Shown here piece after piece: positions 16,029 through 28,000 of a DNA stretch of 64,000 nt. The DNA lies in NCBI RefSeq assembly GCF_000315625.1, contig NW_005434596.1:107173-171172 (forward strand). Direction: 5' to 3'. The number at the start of each line of letters is the position of its first letter. The stretch's first letter is position 1. The position numbers and the translations under genes are program-made. The notes under the pieces were generated by a model, which ran no database searches, was not told where the DNA came from, and worked only from the letters and a program-made list of their open reading frames with translations. Source of the stretch: Guillardia theta CCMP2712. Its lineage: Eukaryota; Protista; Cryptophyta.

Positions 16029-16979
16029 TCACACCCGCTGCAGCAGCACCTCCTTGTGCTCCATGATCCAGTCCCTCAGCGGTACCCCCCTCGGCAAGTA
16101 CTTCTTCACGTCCTCCGACGACCGCAGGCTGCAGAACTCCTTGTTGTAGTCGCTGTTGAGCTGGAACATGTTGGCCAGGTCGTCGGCCCCGGGGAAGGGG
16201 AGCTTGGCGTACTCGTCGCGAGAGACCATGTTGTACCTGACCTCGATCCCCAGGGTCTCCGTGAAGAGCTTCGCCACCTCCTCCATCGTCATGGTCTGGC
16301 TCGACACCCCGAGGGTCTTGCCCATGGTGCTCTTGTCCTTGAAGACGGCGGCGGCGAAGCGCCCGATGTCCTCGACGTCGTTCATGGGGAAGGGCTCTGT
16401 GCCCAGAGGGAAGGTGATGACGGCGGGCTGGTCGGGGACGTATCGCTTGGGGCCCATGCCGAAGTCGATGAAGTTGCTGTAGAAGAAGCTGGTGTAGATG
16501 CCTGTGGCGGGGATGCCTTGCGCCCTCATCCACTCCAGCCCCTCGCCCTTCATGTCGTAGTGAGGCACGTAGAGGCCCTTGAGCTTGGGCAGGGGGTTGT
16601 CCTCCTTGACGATCTTCCTCGTGTCCTCCAGCGCTGAGAACACCACATGCTCCACTCCCGCGGCCTTGCAGGCGTTGCCGAGGTTCTTGATGTGCTGCAG
16701 CTCTACCAAAGGGTCCATGCCGCAGCTGGCCCAGTAGTCGGTGACGAGGAACGCCCCGTAGCACCCCTGGAAGGCAGCACGCAGAGACCCCTCGTCCGCC
16801 ATGTCGGCCTTGACCATCTTGATCTTGAGCTGGTCGGCGAGGGTCTTGGCGCGCTCGCTCTGGGGGTCGCGGGTGACGCCGAGGACGTCGTAGGTGCCGT
16901 CTTGGAGGAGGGCACGAGCGACGGCTCCGCCTTGACGGCCGGTGATACCAGTGACGGCGATGAGAAGCTTGGAGGACAT
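16029..16979 (-). CDS. NmrA-like (NMRAL1/HSCARG family) NAD(P)-binding protein, copy 1 (inverted), intronless, 316 aa
   Basis: MSSKLLIAVTGITGRQGGAVARALL (GxTGxQG Rossmann motif), VTRDPQSERAK, AFQGCYGAFLVTDYW, AGVEHVVFS, VPHYDMKG and DVEDIGRFAAAVF. Confidence 0.93.
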   Translation of the reverse strand: MSSKLLIAVTGITGRQGGAVARALLQDGTYDVLGVTRDPQSERAKTLADQLKIKMVKADMADEGSLRAAFQGCYGAFLVTDYWASCGMDPLVELQHIKNLGNACKAAGVEHVVFSALEDTRKIVKEDNPLPKLKGLYVPHYDMKGEGLEWMRAQGIPATGIYTSFFYSNFIDFGMGPKRYVPDQPAVITFPLGTEPFPMNDVEDIGRFAAAVFKDKSTMGKTLGVSSQTMTMEEVAKLFTETLGIEVRYNMVSRDEYAKLPFPGADDLANMFQLNSDYNKEFCSLRSSEDVKKYLPRGVPLRDWIMEHKEVLLQRV

Positions 16980-17487
16980 GCGTGTGTGTGGTTGAAGGAG
17001 GGAGATTCTTGTTTTCTTGTTCTTCTTCTCCTTTTTTGTATTTGGGTGAGCGCACGTTTCGTTGCATCCCTTCCAACACAGGGGGTGGGGGTCCATCAGT
17101 TTTAAAATGACCTTGGAATAGATAAACCATACCAACCCGCCTCAACAGAATTCTAGTAAAAGGAAGAGGCAGTCAAAAGTGCCTACATCACATGATCGGT
17201 TCTTTGTTCATTGGGGGTTTAATAATTGTGGGTCAATGGGGGTAGGGTCAAATGACCAGTCGGGTTAGCAAAGTGGGGTAAAGTGGTACCCCCCCTTTCA
17301 AGCATAAAAGGGTGGGTCCAAGTACGTTTCACTTTACTACTTCTGCCCGGCCCTGGTCGCATTTCAACCAAGACGCAACGAAGCGAGCAGGAGTGACCCC
17401 TACCCCTCCGAACGTCCTACTACTAACCCACCCCCCTCCCTTGTTCGGTATCAACTGCCCCCCCCCCCCCACCACGCACCCTCGCGC

Positions 17488-18740
17488 ATGTCCTCCAAGC
17501 TTCTCATCGCCGTCACTGGTATCACCGGCCGTCAAGGCGGAGCCGTCGCTCGTGCCCTCCTCCAAGACGGCACCTACGACGTCCTCGGCGTCACCCGCGA
17601 CCCCCAGAGCGAGCGCGCCAAGACCCTCGCCGACCAGCTCAAGATCAAGATGGTCAAGGCCGACATGGCGGACGAGGGGTCTCTGCGTGCTGCCTTCCAG
17701 GGGTGCTCTACCGAGCCTCTATTAAGCCAGCAGCATGCCCCGATTTCAGACACACGCACCTGTTGTCTCCTCCTCCTCCACCTCAGTGATCAGACTGTCA
17801 CTCCTCCTGATTCTGCTCTCACTGATTCTTTTTCCTCGTCCTCGTCCTCTTCTTCATCCTCTTACTGATCCTCCCTCCTCTTCCTCGTCTTACTGACCTG
17901 ACCTTCCCCTCTGCCAGCAGAGCCTGCACATCAAGAGTCAACTAATCTCGCACAACTTTTCGCTAGCTTCGAAGAGCATCTCAGAATGTCTTCTACATTC
18001 ACTGATGGCTAGCACACTTGATCCGTCGAACTCGTTGATCAGCTCTCCGTCGAAATCGAAGACAAAGACGCTGACACATCAATCAGTCCAACCTTTTTTC
18101 TTGCAAGGCAAATGCTACCTGCTAAGTCCTGCATCGGCCACATAGACGAATTCGATCTCGTCAACACAAACAGCACAGAGGTTGCACATCTCTTGTGGCG
18201 ACTGGATGTCTCTGACAAACCTCCCACCTCGATCCATCACCACCACACGCTTGTTCCCGGCTGAGAACAGGAGGGTCTCAACGCTACTGTGAGCAGCAGC
18301 AGGTCTTACTGTCTGCAACACAGATGAACCCACCGTCTGTCAAGTCGATCCCTTTCGGGAAGGACAGCATTGGCATTCCATCGTCATGCCAAAGGTTGGA
18401 TGTCAGTCACGATGAGCTATGAATCATGGAACCCAGGAGCATCATGGGCAAGACCCTCGGGGTGTCGAGCCAGACCATGACGATGGAGGAGGTGGCGAAG
18501 CTCTTCACGGAGACCCTGGGGATCGAGGTCAGGTACAACATGGTCTCTCGCGACGAGTACGCCAAGCTCCCCTTCCCCGGGGCCGACGACCGGGCCAACA
18601 TGTTCCAGTTCAACAGCGACTACAACAAGGAGTTCTGCAGCCTGCGGTCGTCGGAGGACGTGAAGAAGTACTTGCCGAGGGGGGTACCGCTGAGGGACTG
18701 GATCATGGAGCACAAGGAGGTGCTGCTGCAGCGGGTGTGA
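17488..18740 (+). pseudogene. NmrA-like copy 2, disrupted: 5' part 17488..17707 and 3' part about 18438..18740 flank foreign DNA
   Basis: Identical to the other copies up to ...CCAGGGGTGCT (17707) and resumes near ATGGGCAAGACC (18444). About 430 nt of CDS is replaced by about 730 nt of unrelated sequence. Confidence 0.85.
17708..18437 (-). other. Captured genomic fragment of an NHL-repeat-like gene, containing a spliceable intron
   Basis: Minus strand reads NKRVVVMDRGGRFVRDI...CAVCVDEIEFVYVADAGLS, a 48-nt GT..AG intron (18071..18118), then SVFVFDFDGELINEF. This fits the NHL pattern xYVADxxxxxVxVFDxxG. Confidence 0.6.
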
Positions 18741-19141
18741 AGGGGGGCGAGGATCAGAGGGCATGAAGGGTGAAGATGGGGGAAGGAATCATGATAGGTC
18801 GCAGGAGTAGAGATCAATACACACATCACTTGATGAGATCAACGTTTCCAAGTCTATACCTCGACAATACCGACATCTTGGATTGTCGATTACACTTGTA
18901 CACTTCTTACCAGATTTGAACTTGCCGTGTGTTGCTGCAACGTCTGGATTTGATAAGTCGCAGGTGCATTGCGATCGGATGTGCCTGGTCATTTCACCCG
19001 GGACACATTTCGTACCCCCCACCCCTGTTTCCTTCAGAGTTTCTCTCTATAACTACCACCCCCTCCTCCCCAATCCGACTCGACGTATTCCCCCTCCTCT
19101 CAAGTACCAGCACAACTTTTCCCCCACACGCACCCTCGCGC

Positions 19142-20092
19142 ATGTCCTCCAAGCTTCTCATCGCCGTCACTGGTATCACCGGCCGTCAAGGCGGAGCCGT
19201 CGCTCGTGCCCTCCTCCAAGACGGCACCTACGACGTCCTCGGCGTCACCCGCGACCCCCAGAGCGAGCGCGCCAAGACCCTCGCCGACCAGCTCAAGATC
19301 AAGATGGTCAAGGCCGACATGGCGGACGAGGGGTCTCTGCGTGCTGCCTTCCAGGGGTGCTACGGGGCGTTCCTCGTCACCGACTACTGGGCCAGCTGCG
19401 GCATGGACCCTTTGGTAGAGCTGCAGCACATCAAGAACCTCGGCAACGCCTGCAAGGCCGCGGGAGTGGAGCATGTGGTGTTCTCAGCGCTGGAGGACAC
19501 GAGGAAGATCGTCAAGGAGGACAACCCCCTGCCCAAGCTCAAGGGCCTCTACGTGCCTCACTACGACATGAAGGGCGAGGGGCTGGAGTGGATGAGGGCC
19601 CAAGGCATCCCCGCCACAGGCATCTACACCAGCTTCTTCTACAGCAACTTCATCGACTTCGGCATGGGCCCCAAGCGATACGTGCCCGACCAGCCCGCCG
19701 TCATCACCTTCCCTCTGGGCACAGAGCCCTTCCCCATGAACGACGTCGAGGACATCGGGCGCTTCGCCGCCGCCGTCTTCAAGGACAAGAGCACCATGGG
19801 CAAGACCCTCGGGGTGTCGAGCCAGACCATGACGATGGAGGAGGTGGCGAAGCTCTTCACGGAGACCCTGGGGATCGAGGTCAGGTACAACATGGTCTCT
19901 CGCGACGAGTACGCCAAGCTCCCCTTCCCCGGGGCCGACGACCGGGCCAACATGTTCCAGTTCAACAGCGACTACAACAAGGAGTTCTGCAGCCTGCGGT
20001 CGTCGGAGGACGTGAAGAAGTACTTGCCGAGGGGGGTACCGCTGAGGGACTGGATCATGGAGCACAAGGAGGTGCTGCTGCAGCGGGTGTGA
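19142..20092 (+). CDS. NmrA-like protein, copy 3, intronless, 316 aa
   Basis: 951-nt CDS nearly identical to copy 1. Carries the DDRANMFQF variant. Confidence 0.93.
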   Translation: MSSKLLIAVTGITGRQGGAVARALLQDGTYDVLGVTRDPQSERAKTLADQLKIKMVKADMADEGSLRAAFQGCYGAFLVTDYWASCGMDPLVELQHIKNLGNACKAAGVEHVVFSALEDTRKIVKEDNPLPKLKGLYVPHYDMKGEGLEWMRAQGIPATGIYTSFFYSNFIDFGMGPKRYVPDQPAVITFPLGTEPFPMNDVEDIGRFAAAVFKDKSTMGKTLGVSSQTMTMEEVAKLFTETLGIEVRYNMVSRDEYAKLPFPGADDRANMFQFNSDYNKEFCSLRSSEDVKKYLPRGVPLRDWIMEHKEVLLQRV

Positions 20093-20493
20093 AGGGGGGC
20101 GAGGATCAGAGAGCATGAAGGCCGAAGATGGGGGAAGGAATCATGATAGGCCCTATGAGTAGAGATCAATACACACATCACTTGATGAGATCAACGTTTC
20201 CAAGTCTATACCTCGACAATACCGACATCTTGGATTGTCGATTACACTTGTACACTTCTTACCAGATTTGAACTTGCCGTGTGTTGCTGCAACGTCTGGA
20301 TTTGATAAGTCGCAGGTGCATTGCGATCGGATGTGCCTGGTCATTTCACCCGGGACACATTTCGTACCCCCCACCCCTGTTTCCTTCAGAGTTTCTCTCT
20401 ATAACTACCACCCCCTCCTCCCCAATCCGACTCGACGTATTCCCCCTCCTCTCAAGTACCAGCACAACTTTTCCCCCACACGCACCCTCGCGC

Positions 20494-21444
20494 ATGTCCT
20501 CCAAGCTTCTCATCGCCGTCACTGGTATCACCGGCCGTCAAGGCGGAGCCGTCGCTCGTGCCCTCCTCCAAGACGGCACCTACGACGTCCTCGGCGTCAC
20601 CCGCGACCCCCAGAGCGAGCGCGCCAAGACCCTCGCCGACCAGCTCAAGATCAAGATGGTCAAGGCCGACATGGCGGACGAGGGGTCTCTGCGTGCTGCC
20701 TTCCAGGGGTGCTACGGGGCGTTCCTCGTCACCGACTACTGGGCCAGCTGCGGCATGGACCCTTTGGTAGAGCTGCAGCACATCAAGAACCTCGGCAACG
20801 CCTGCAAGGCCGCGGGAGTGGAGCATGTGGTGTTCTCAGCGCTGGAGGACACGAGGAAGATCGTCAAGGAGGACAACCCCCTGCCCAAGCTCAAGGGCCT
20901 CTACGTGCCTCACTACGACATGAAGGGCGAGGGGCTGGAGTGGATGAGGGCGCAAGGCATCCCCGCCACAGGCATCTACACCAGCTTCTTCTACAGCAAC
21001 TTCATCGACTTCGGCATGGGCCCCAAGCGATACGTGCCCGACCAGCCCGCCGTCATCACCTTCCCTCTGGGCACAGAGCCCTTCCCCATGAACGACGTCG
21101 AGGACATCGGGCGCTTCGCCGCCGCCGTCTTCAAGGACAAGAGCACCATGGGCAAGACCCTCGGGGTGTCGAGCCAGACCATGACGATGGAGGAGGTGGC
21201 GAAGCTCTTCACGGAGACCCTGGGGATCGAGGTCAGGTACAACATGGTCTCTCGCGACGAGTACGCCAAGCTCCCCTTCCCCGGGGCCGACGACCTGGCC
21301 AACATGTTCCAGCTCAACAGCGACTACAACAAGGAGTTCTGCAGCCTGCGGTCGTCGGAGGACGTGAAGAAGTACTTGCCGAGGGGGGTACCGCTGAGGA
21401 ACTGGATCATGGAGCACAAGGAGGTGCTGCTGCAGCGGGTGTGA
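20494..21444 (+). CDS. NmrA-like protein, copy 4, intronless, 316 aa
   Basis: 951-nt CDS carrying the DDLANMFQL and PLRNW variants. Confidence 0.93.
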   Translation: MSSKLLIAVTGITGRQGGAVARALLQDGTYDVLGVTRDPQSERAKTLADQLKIKMVKADMADEGSLRAAFQGCYGAFLVTDYWASCGMDPLVELQHIKNLGNACKAAGVEHVVFSALEDTRKIVKEDNPLPKLKGLYVPHYDMKGEGLEWMRAQGIPATGIYTSFFYSNFIDFGMGPKRYVPDQPAVITFPLGTEPFPMNDVEDIGRFAAAVFKDKSTMGKTLGVSSQTMTMEEVAKLFTETLGIEVRYNMVSRDEYAKLPFPGADDLANMFQLNSDYNKEFCSLRSSEDVKKYLPRGVPLRNWIMEHKEVLLQRV

Positions 21445-22080
21445 AGGGGGGCGAGGATCAGAGGGCTTTAAGGGTATACGGGATGAGGGATGGGCAGGAG
21501 TTGACATGAATGTCCAGAAGACCTGGTAAATCCCTGTTGACTGCAACCTGTATGTTAGCTGTAAAGTTCAATGAATAGGATTCTGACAGCATCTGGTAGA
21601 CTCAGTCGTCCGCATGCTCAGTGTCTATACGTGCAGGCAGGATGAATTTCAGACGGTTTGCGGGGAAAAGACCTTGTGTCAGAGAGATTCAACTTTGTCA
21701 TCGTAAGCTTGCAAGGCTTTTGCCATCGCGTCCATCCCACTCTGCTATTTCTTGCCCCCCCGCACTTGCATATTTGCCCTCTTCGCCAGAGGTTTCCGTC
21801 CCATGAGGAGAGGACACGACCTTGTAGGTGATATAGATACACTAGTAACACAGAGTTACCTGCTACTCATTACGTGCGCCTCTTTCTCCCTTCCCCGTTG
21901 AGGTCCCGGATGGCACTGGAGGCCTTGCGAACTAGCACACGGGCCCGCCATGCCACCAGAGGCTTCCTAAGGCTTGCCTGTAGCTTCATGAGCTGGTTCT
22001 GACATGTGAAGGCGAGACAAAATGTACCCGCTCATAGTGGAGGGAGGCGGAAAACCACTGCTCGACTGCGATCAAAGGAG

Positions 22081-24526
22081 TCAGGACCTGCCTCTCCCAA
22101 CGTCCCAAGCACGAGTGATCTCACTGGTGAGGTTCATGTCGCAGAACGAAGGGAGCTCCTCCTCCTCCTCTCCCTCCTCCTCCTCCTCCTCCTCCTCCTC
22201 CTCCTCCTCGGCAGCAGGAGCAGGAGCAGGAGCAAGAGCAGGAGCAGCTGCCACATCCTGCAGCTCTGCTGTCTTGACAGAGCACTTTATGGCCTCAAGT
22301 TCCGAGTTGGTTTGGCTCGGCATGTCCTCTTGCTTCTTCTCTTCTCTAGCTCTCCTCCATCGCAGGAACACACTCGAAGCTTGCCTGCACGTGCTACGTC
22401 AGTGGAAATTCACGACAGTGACGGCGGTCACTTCTTCCTTTGCCGCAATCGAAAGAGACTTGACATCTGACTCATGACTCGCAGACGGGAGCGATCGCAC
22501 TGCATTTCTTGTCAGCCTTTTGACAAGCAGCCATCTGGGAAACCTGAAGTTCCAACCACAAAGAGAACGAGTTCCTCTTTCTCGCCATGGCCGTGTTTGC
22601 AAGTTTCGATAGAAGTTCGACTGATAGTGTACAATCAAGAGAGATAACGGACTGTTACAGAACAGCAAAGTCTGAAACAACCTTGGGTCAGTCGTAGTCT
22701 TTTCCACCGTCTGAATGTTTCAACTCTCAACTGAAGTTCCTTGCAGCATCTGACGCACGCTGGTCAACTACCTTTGATCTCGAGAGCATGGGTGAACCTG
22801 AGCTTGAATTGTAACTGAACGAGTTTCTTCTTGTGCTGGCTGAGTTTGACGTGTGATCTCAGATGACGGATCGATTCCTGTGGCAACGAGTGTGTCAATC
22901 AAAACATGAAAGATTCCAGCAATTTACCTCTTGCAGCTTCACTCTCCAGTCATGCTGCTTCTTGTGGAATATCGCCATCGCCAGTCCTCTCGCCCTGCAG
23001 AGCATGTTCAGGAGCAGGAGGCGCAGAGGGCAAGGAACAACCTCCGCATGGTAGAGATGTGACATCGGATAGCAGAGATACAGTGCTGCAACAGGAGTGT
23101 GTGAGCCGAATCGATTCGTCAAGGGAGGACTTTGGTGCCTGTAGCAGCATCGGCTCGTGTCGCTGCCAGTGTTGAGCGCGAGCAATCTGAAGCATCTTCC
23201 TTGCATTGACAACTTCCTGCCGGAAGTGATTCTGGAGGAGACGACCGAGTTACAGGAGCTCGACAGAAACTTTCCAACGCTCACCCACAAGAAGAAGTAG
23301 CAGCTCAAACATCTCTTCGCAACTCTCTTTCCCATCTGTCAACACACGGTGATAAGGCGGAGCGGGTTTCAAGTGTTTCAGCAACCTCAACTACTATCAT
23401 GTTCCACTTGAGATGCCTGAATGCTCTGCCTGTGTTCATAAAAGTCAAACTTGACACATCTGCTGACAACTACAGGCCACTTACATCTTAACCAACTCGA
23501 CCAAATGAAGCTCGTCAAAAACGCTTTCTTCCGCGTCTGTTCCTCTATGCACACGTTGTCCAGAAGCACCTCCCATCCGAACATCAAACATCTTCTGTCC
23601 ATCTGTCTTCTCCTACTCCTCATCGCATGCAAGACACCAGCTGTCTTTCTCCACTCTTGCAGCCTGCGCGCCACAACCCGGGCCGCAAGAATGTTGCGAA
23701 ACTTATGAACGCGAACTGATTCAATCTGCTTGCAGCATTGGAAGTAAGTGAGCCAAGCTCTAGTATGTCGGAGCAGAACTTGGATCCTGAAGAGGAACGC
23801 TGCTTCGCCTCTCTGACCAATCTTGTACTTCCTGTACTGCACGTACTTGCGGAGTGACCTAAGAGTTCTATCCACCAGCCTTGTGTATGATACCAAGACA
23901 GACTTACACACTTGCGCCCATTCGTGCATCGTTGTCTTCAATCTTCTCTGCCTCAATTCGAGTTCGAACTCGCCAGCAACCTCATCATATCTCTTCGCTA
24001 TCGCCTTCTTGTCCAACACAAGGGACCACCGAGCAAAAGAACCCCACAAAAGCTCGACCACGACATCGTTGAGAATCCGATGCCATCTGATGAGTGTAGA
24101 TCGCTGCAACCTTCTTTTCCAAGAGAAAAGGCATGACAGAAGTTTCTGTCTGCCACCTCCCTGCTCCCTCGAAGCTCTTTGCCATCCACGGAGAACCCTT
24201 CGAATGCTCAGGTCGTCAAGAGTCCTACTGCCAGCATGCAGCTCTTGCGCAGCGTTTGCAGAGCTTGAGAGTGACAGGAGAAGATCTTCAAACGGTTTCG
24301 AAGATTGAACGAAACTAAGGAGCGCAGAAGGATTGATCCTTGCATCTATCCCTGCCATCATGCTCACCACCTGTTCGACCTCCTGCTCCACCAGCGCTGC
24401 AGCATGGAAGCCGCAAGGCAGGAACTCGAAGTTCTGATCAGCCAGCATGGAGCTGTGCATGCTCAAGGACTGCTTCTGCCTTGACCTCTGCTCCTGCTTC
24501 CCTGCCTCTCCCTTCCTACCCCCCAT
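22081..24526 (-). CDS. Sfi1-repeat-like (putative centrin-binding) protein
   Basis: Periodic basic helices ending in Trp: RRVLRGWQR, CLFSWKRR, LIRWHR, FARWSL, TMHEWAQ, HTRAWLTY, RLQEWRK, MFGWEV, FIWSSWLR, MFLRWRR. Ends approximate. Confidence 0.55.
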
Positions 24527-25013
24527 TCCCTCCTTGTCCTGGCACGGGCATGAGCGCGCCAGATGCTTACTGACAGTTCTCTGCCTTGTTAATCCTTGTA
24601 TTAAAGAGACTGAGGCGAGCTGGAAAATTCGTTTAGAAAGCGCAGATACCAATTATTGAAGCCAGTCCCCCTCAGAGTATCACATATCGTCATAACAAGG
24701 CAAAACGATTGAAGGCTTCAATCAGTTCACGGTACGGTAGTAAGTGCCATTGGGCCAGTGCTGGGCCCCAGCAGCCGGGGGCAGTGGCCGCAGGGGAGGG
24801 TCTTTACTAACTGTAGTAAGTTAATATTCTGCGAACCCTCCAACTGTCCCGGAGCTCCAGAGCCTCTCGGTAGCAGCAGGAGAGTCTCTCAGGTACCTGA
24901 AGGATGGCAGAACGATGGTCAGTCTGTGGCAGCGACAAGCAGGAGAGAAGAGGAGGGGGAAGGGAGGGAGAAGGAGGGGGAAGGGGAAGAATCTCACGGG
25001 TTCTCGTAGGCGC

Positions 25014-28000
25014 CTACGTACGCCTGCGGTGCAGCAACCTCGAGACTCTCGGGCTGTTCGACGTCCTCGACCTCATGAGGCTGCGGGAAGCATGTGTAAG
25101 GTAAGGAGGAGAAGTAGGTGGGGGAAGAGAAGACAAGAAGGGAGGGAGGGAGGGAGGGAGGGAGGGACGAGGGAGGGACGAGGAGGAGGGAGAAAAGGGA
25201 GGAGCAAGAACGAAAGGAGCAGTTGGCCCTGGAGCAGGATCTGAAGAGGCTCCAACCTCCCAGCGGGGATTCACGACGATGAGGTTGTCCCTCAGCATGG
25301 GAATGAGGAGGATCAAGATGATAACGAAGAAGCCGGCCAGGGGAGCCTGCAAGGGAGTGAGTGCTGCTGCTGCTGCTGCTGGAGAGCAGGGGCAGACGGG
25401 GAGAGGAAGGAGGAAGGAGGAAGCTGGAAGGAGTAAGCAGGAAGGAGGGAAGAGCAAGGAAGCGAGGAAGGGGCGATGCAGCAGGGCCAAGAAGGGAGAG
25501 GGAGGGGAAGTTGGCAGACTCACATAGCTGAGCAGCTCAGCGCCCTGCACTCTCAGCCAGCAGCCGAAGGCCAACTGCCTTGACAGTGAGGAAGAAGAAG
25601 AAAGAGAAAGAGAATGAGACCAGAGCAATGCCGGAGATAAGGACGAGCGCGAAGAGAGCGGCAGAAGTCTGTCAGGAGAGGGTAAGTCAGTGCGGAGGAG
25701 GAGGAGGAGGAGGAGGAGGAGGAGGAGGAGGAGGAGGAGGAGGAGGAGGAGGAGGAGGAGGAGGAGGAGGAGGAGGAGGAGGAGGAGGAGGAGGAGGAGG
25801 AGGAGGAAAGATTGCTCAGACCTGCCACTTGTCCGTGTAGTAGCGGAGAACAAGAAATCCAGCAATGAAGGGCAGGATAAGAGGGACAGTGACCGCAAAC
25901 ATGATCCCACTGCGAGCATGGTACCGTCACAAGTCAGACTACATTTCCAACTTTCAGCAAGTCGATTCTCAGCTCACATGGCCAGGACGGAGATCATGGA
26001 CGAGTAGAAGAAGGCGAAGTCGAACTCCCACGACAGCTCCTGCTCGTGCCCATCTGCACAGTCCCCTCAGTCTCACTCTCAGCTGCCGTCAGCTCCACCT
26101 GAGGCCCAGTTGATCAGGGCAGGGGTCGTCGTGTGGAAGAGGAAGTAGAAGGAAGCTGAGAGGAAAGCAGCCTGGACGTGCTGGTTCGTCAGGGTTGAAG
26201 GTGTGTGAGAGGCACAACGACCTGCGCTACGTACTCGACAAAGAAAGACGTCGAGGAGCCGTACTGCAATCATTCCTGATGTGACTGGCAGGAGGAGGAG
26301 GAGGAGGAGGAGGAGGAGGAGGAGGAGGAGGAGGAGGAGGAGGAGGAGGAGGAGTAGAGGAGGGGGCAGGAGGCTCCAAGTTACCAGGAGAATCTGAGCG
26401 AACAATTGGTCCACGGGCGTCGAGAAGATAACGTTGAAGAGTTCATCCAGACCGCTGCAGGGGAAGTGAACGAATTGAGGGCTGTAGCACCGAAGCAGCA
26501 CACCTGAGAGACAGGGCAGGGACAAGAAGGAGGTTGGAAACCATGAAAAAGAATATGAGGTTGAACGAAGATCGCCTCATGGTAGAGACTGCAAACATGC
26601 ATATCGTGAGGACAGTCGATGGGAGTAGCCACGTGCGGCCCGATCCCGTCCTCTAGGTGACCTTGTCTGTGACCGAAGAACTTCACGCTCGCATGCACCA
26701 TGTATGGCATCAGGATCACGTTAACCAAAAGGACCTGAGGAGATCGAGGTCAAGGATTATTAGAAGGAGAAGAGAGCCTCAAGAATGAGTATGAGTATGA
26801 GTATGAGCATGAGTATGAGTATGACGATGATGAGTTTAGTATGATAGTGATGACGATGATGATGATGACAGTTGATCGGCACACTGACCAGGAAGGGCCA
26901 AAGGATATTAGCAAAGAAGAGAACAATCCTGTTGAAGCGCGATTGCCTGTTCAATGACGTCAGACCATTGCGATGGTGTTGGGCTGAAGCTCTACGTCGA
27001 GGAGACGGCAAAGTAGCTCTCATAGGATCCTGAGCTCCTGGAGGTTGCCGAGTTCTGATGGAGGATACTTCAGGGAAGAAAAGGAAGGAGGGGAGGAAGA
27101 GCAGGAGAAAGAGAAGAGGGAGAAGGAGGACTAGGAAGGGAGAGGTGGAGAAGAAGTGATAGTCAAACGAGAAAGGTGGACTGTATCTTGGAAGGAGCAG
27201 ACAGGAGACAGGAATAGAGGGAGGACTACAGAGAGGAGGAGAGGAGGCAGGAGAGGAAGGAGGGGAAGAAGAGGGAGGAGGAGGTAACCTCAATGCTTTC
27301 AACATTTTCGATCGTCTTGTCGCCGATCGCGAGGAAGAGCTGAGAATTCTCAGAGGCACGAAGAGGTCAAGAGCAAGACCCTCACTTGAAGGAGGAAGAT
27401 TGGCGTCACGATCGAGCTGGACCCCAGGTGTTAGGAAGGGAAAACGTGTAACATTTCCCTCCTCCCTACCTCAGCGCCACGAAGAGGATCAGAGTCCAGG
27501 TGAAGCTCAGCATGAAGTGGTGGATCCTGCCATATCTGCACAGGGGGGCTCAACAGACCGGCAGCACGCAGGAGCTCGGCAGGAGACCTCAAGTTCCTCC
27601 AAAAGACATCCTCGGGCTAAGACAGGAGGGTTAGTTTCGGGTGTTCTGTGAGTCACAGGGAGGAGGGGGAAAGGGAAGTTGGAAGGGGGGAAAAGGGAGG
27701 CAGCAAATTCAGGAGGCACAAGGGAAGCTGACTGAGAGGGGAAAGAAGAGTACCTTGCATGCCATTGTGATAGACCAGCTCTGAGCGCTGCGGCAGAGCT
27801 GAGGAAAACAAAATCGTCAGGATGGCAATCGTCATGGATGGATCAGAAATGAATAGCAAGCTCGTGTTCTGCTACGACCAGATCGACTACATCGGGGTCT
27901 ACCTGCATCTTTCTGCCGATCGCTGGCTGGCTGAACTCACTCTGGGCCTTTTGGACGTTCTGCAGACCTCAAGCGTCAGCACTCAAGACTCCAACATTCG

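Larger units (their letters stand above)
18438..21465 (+). repeat. Tandem duplication, 1352-bp period (NmrA CDS plus 401-bp spacer)
   Basis: ATGs at 19142 and 20494, and stops at 18740, 20092 and 21444, are 1352 bp apart. Spacers 18741..19141 and 20093..20493 are near-identical. Confidence 0.95.

Noticed and set aside
15981-21546. Long alternative-frame and antisense ORFs (200-424 aa) over the NmrA copies
   Set aside because: By-products of extreme GC3 codon bias, with Arg/Pro/Gly-rich composition and no motifs
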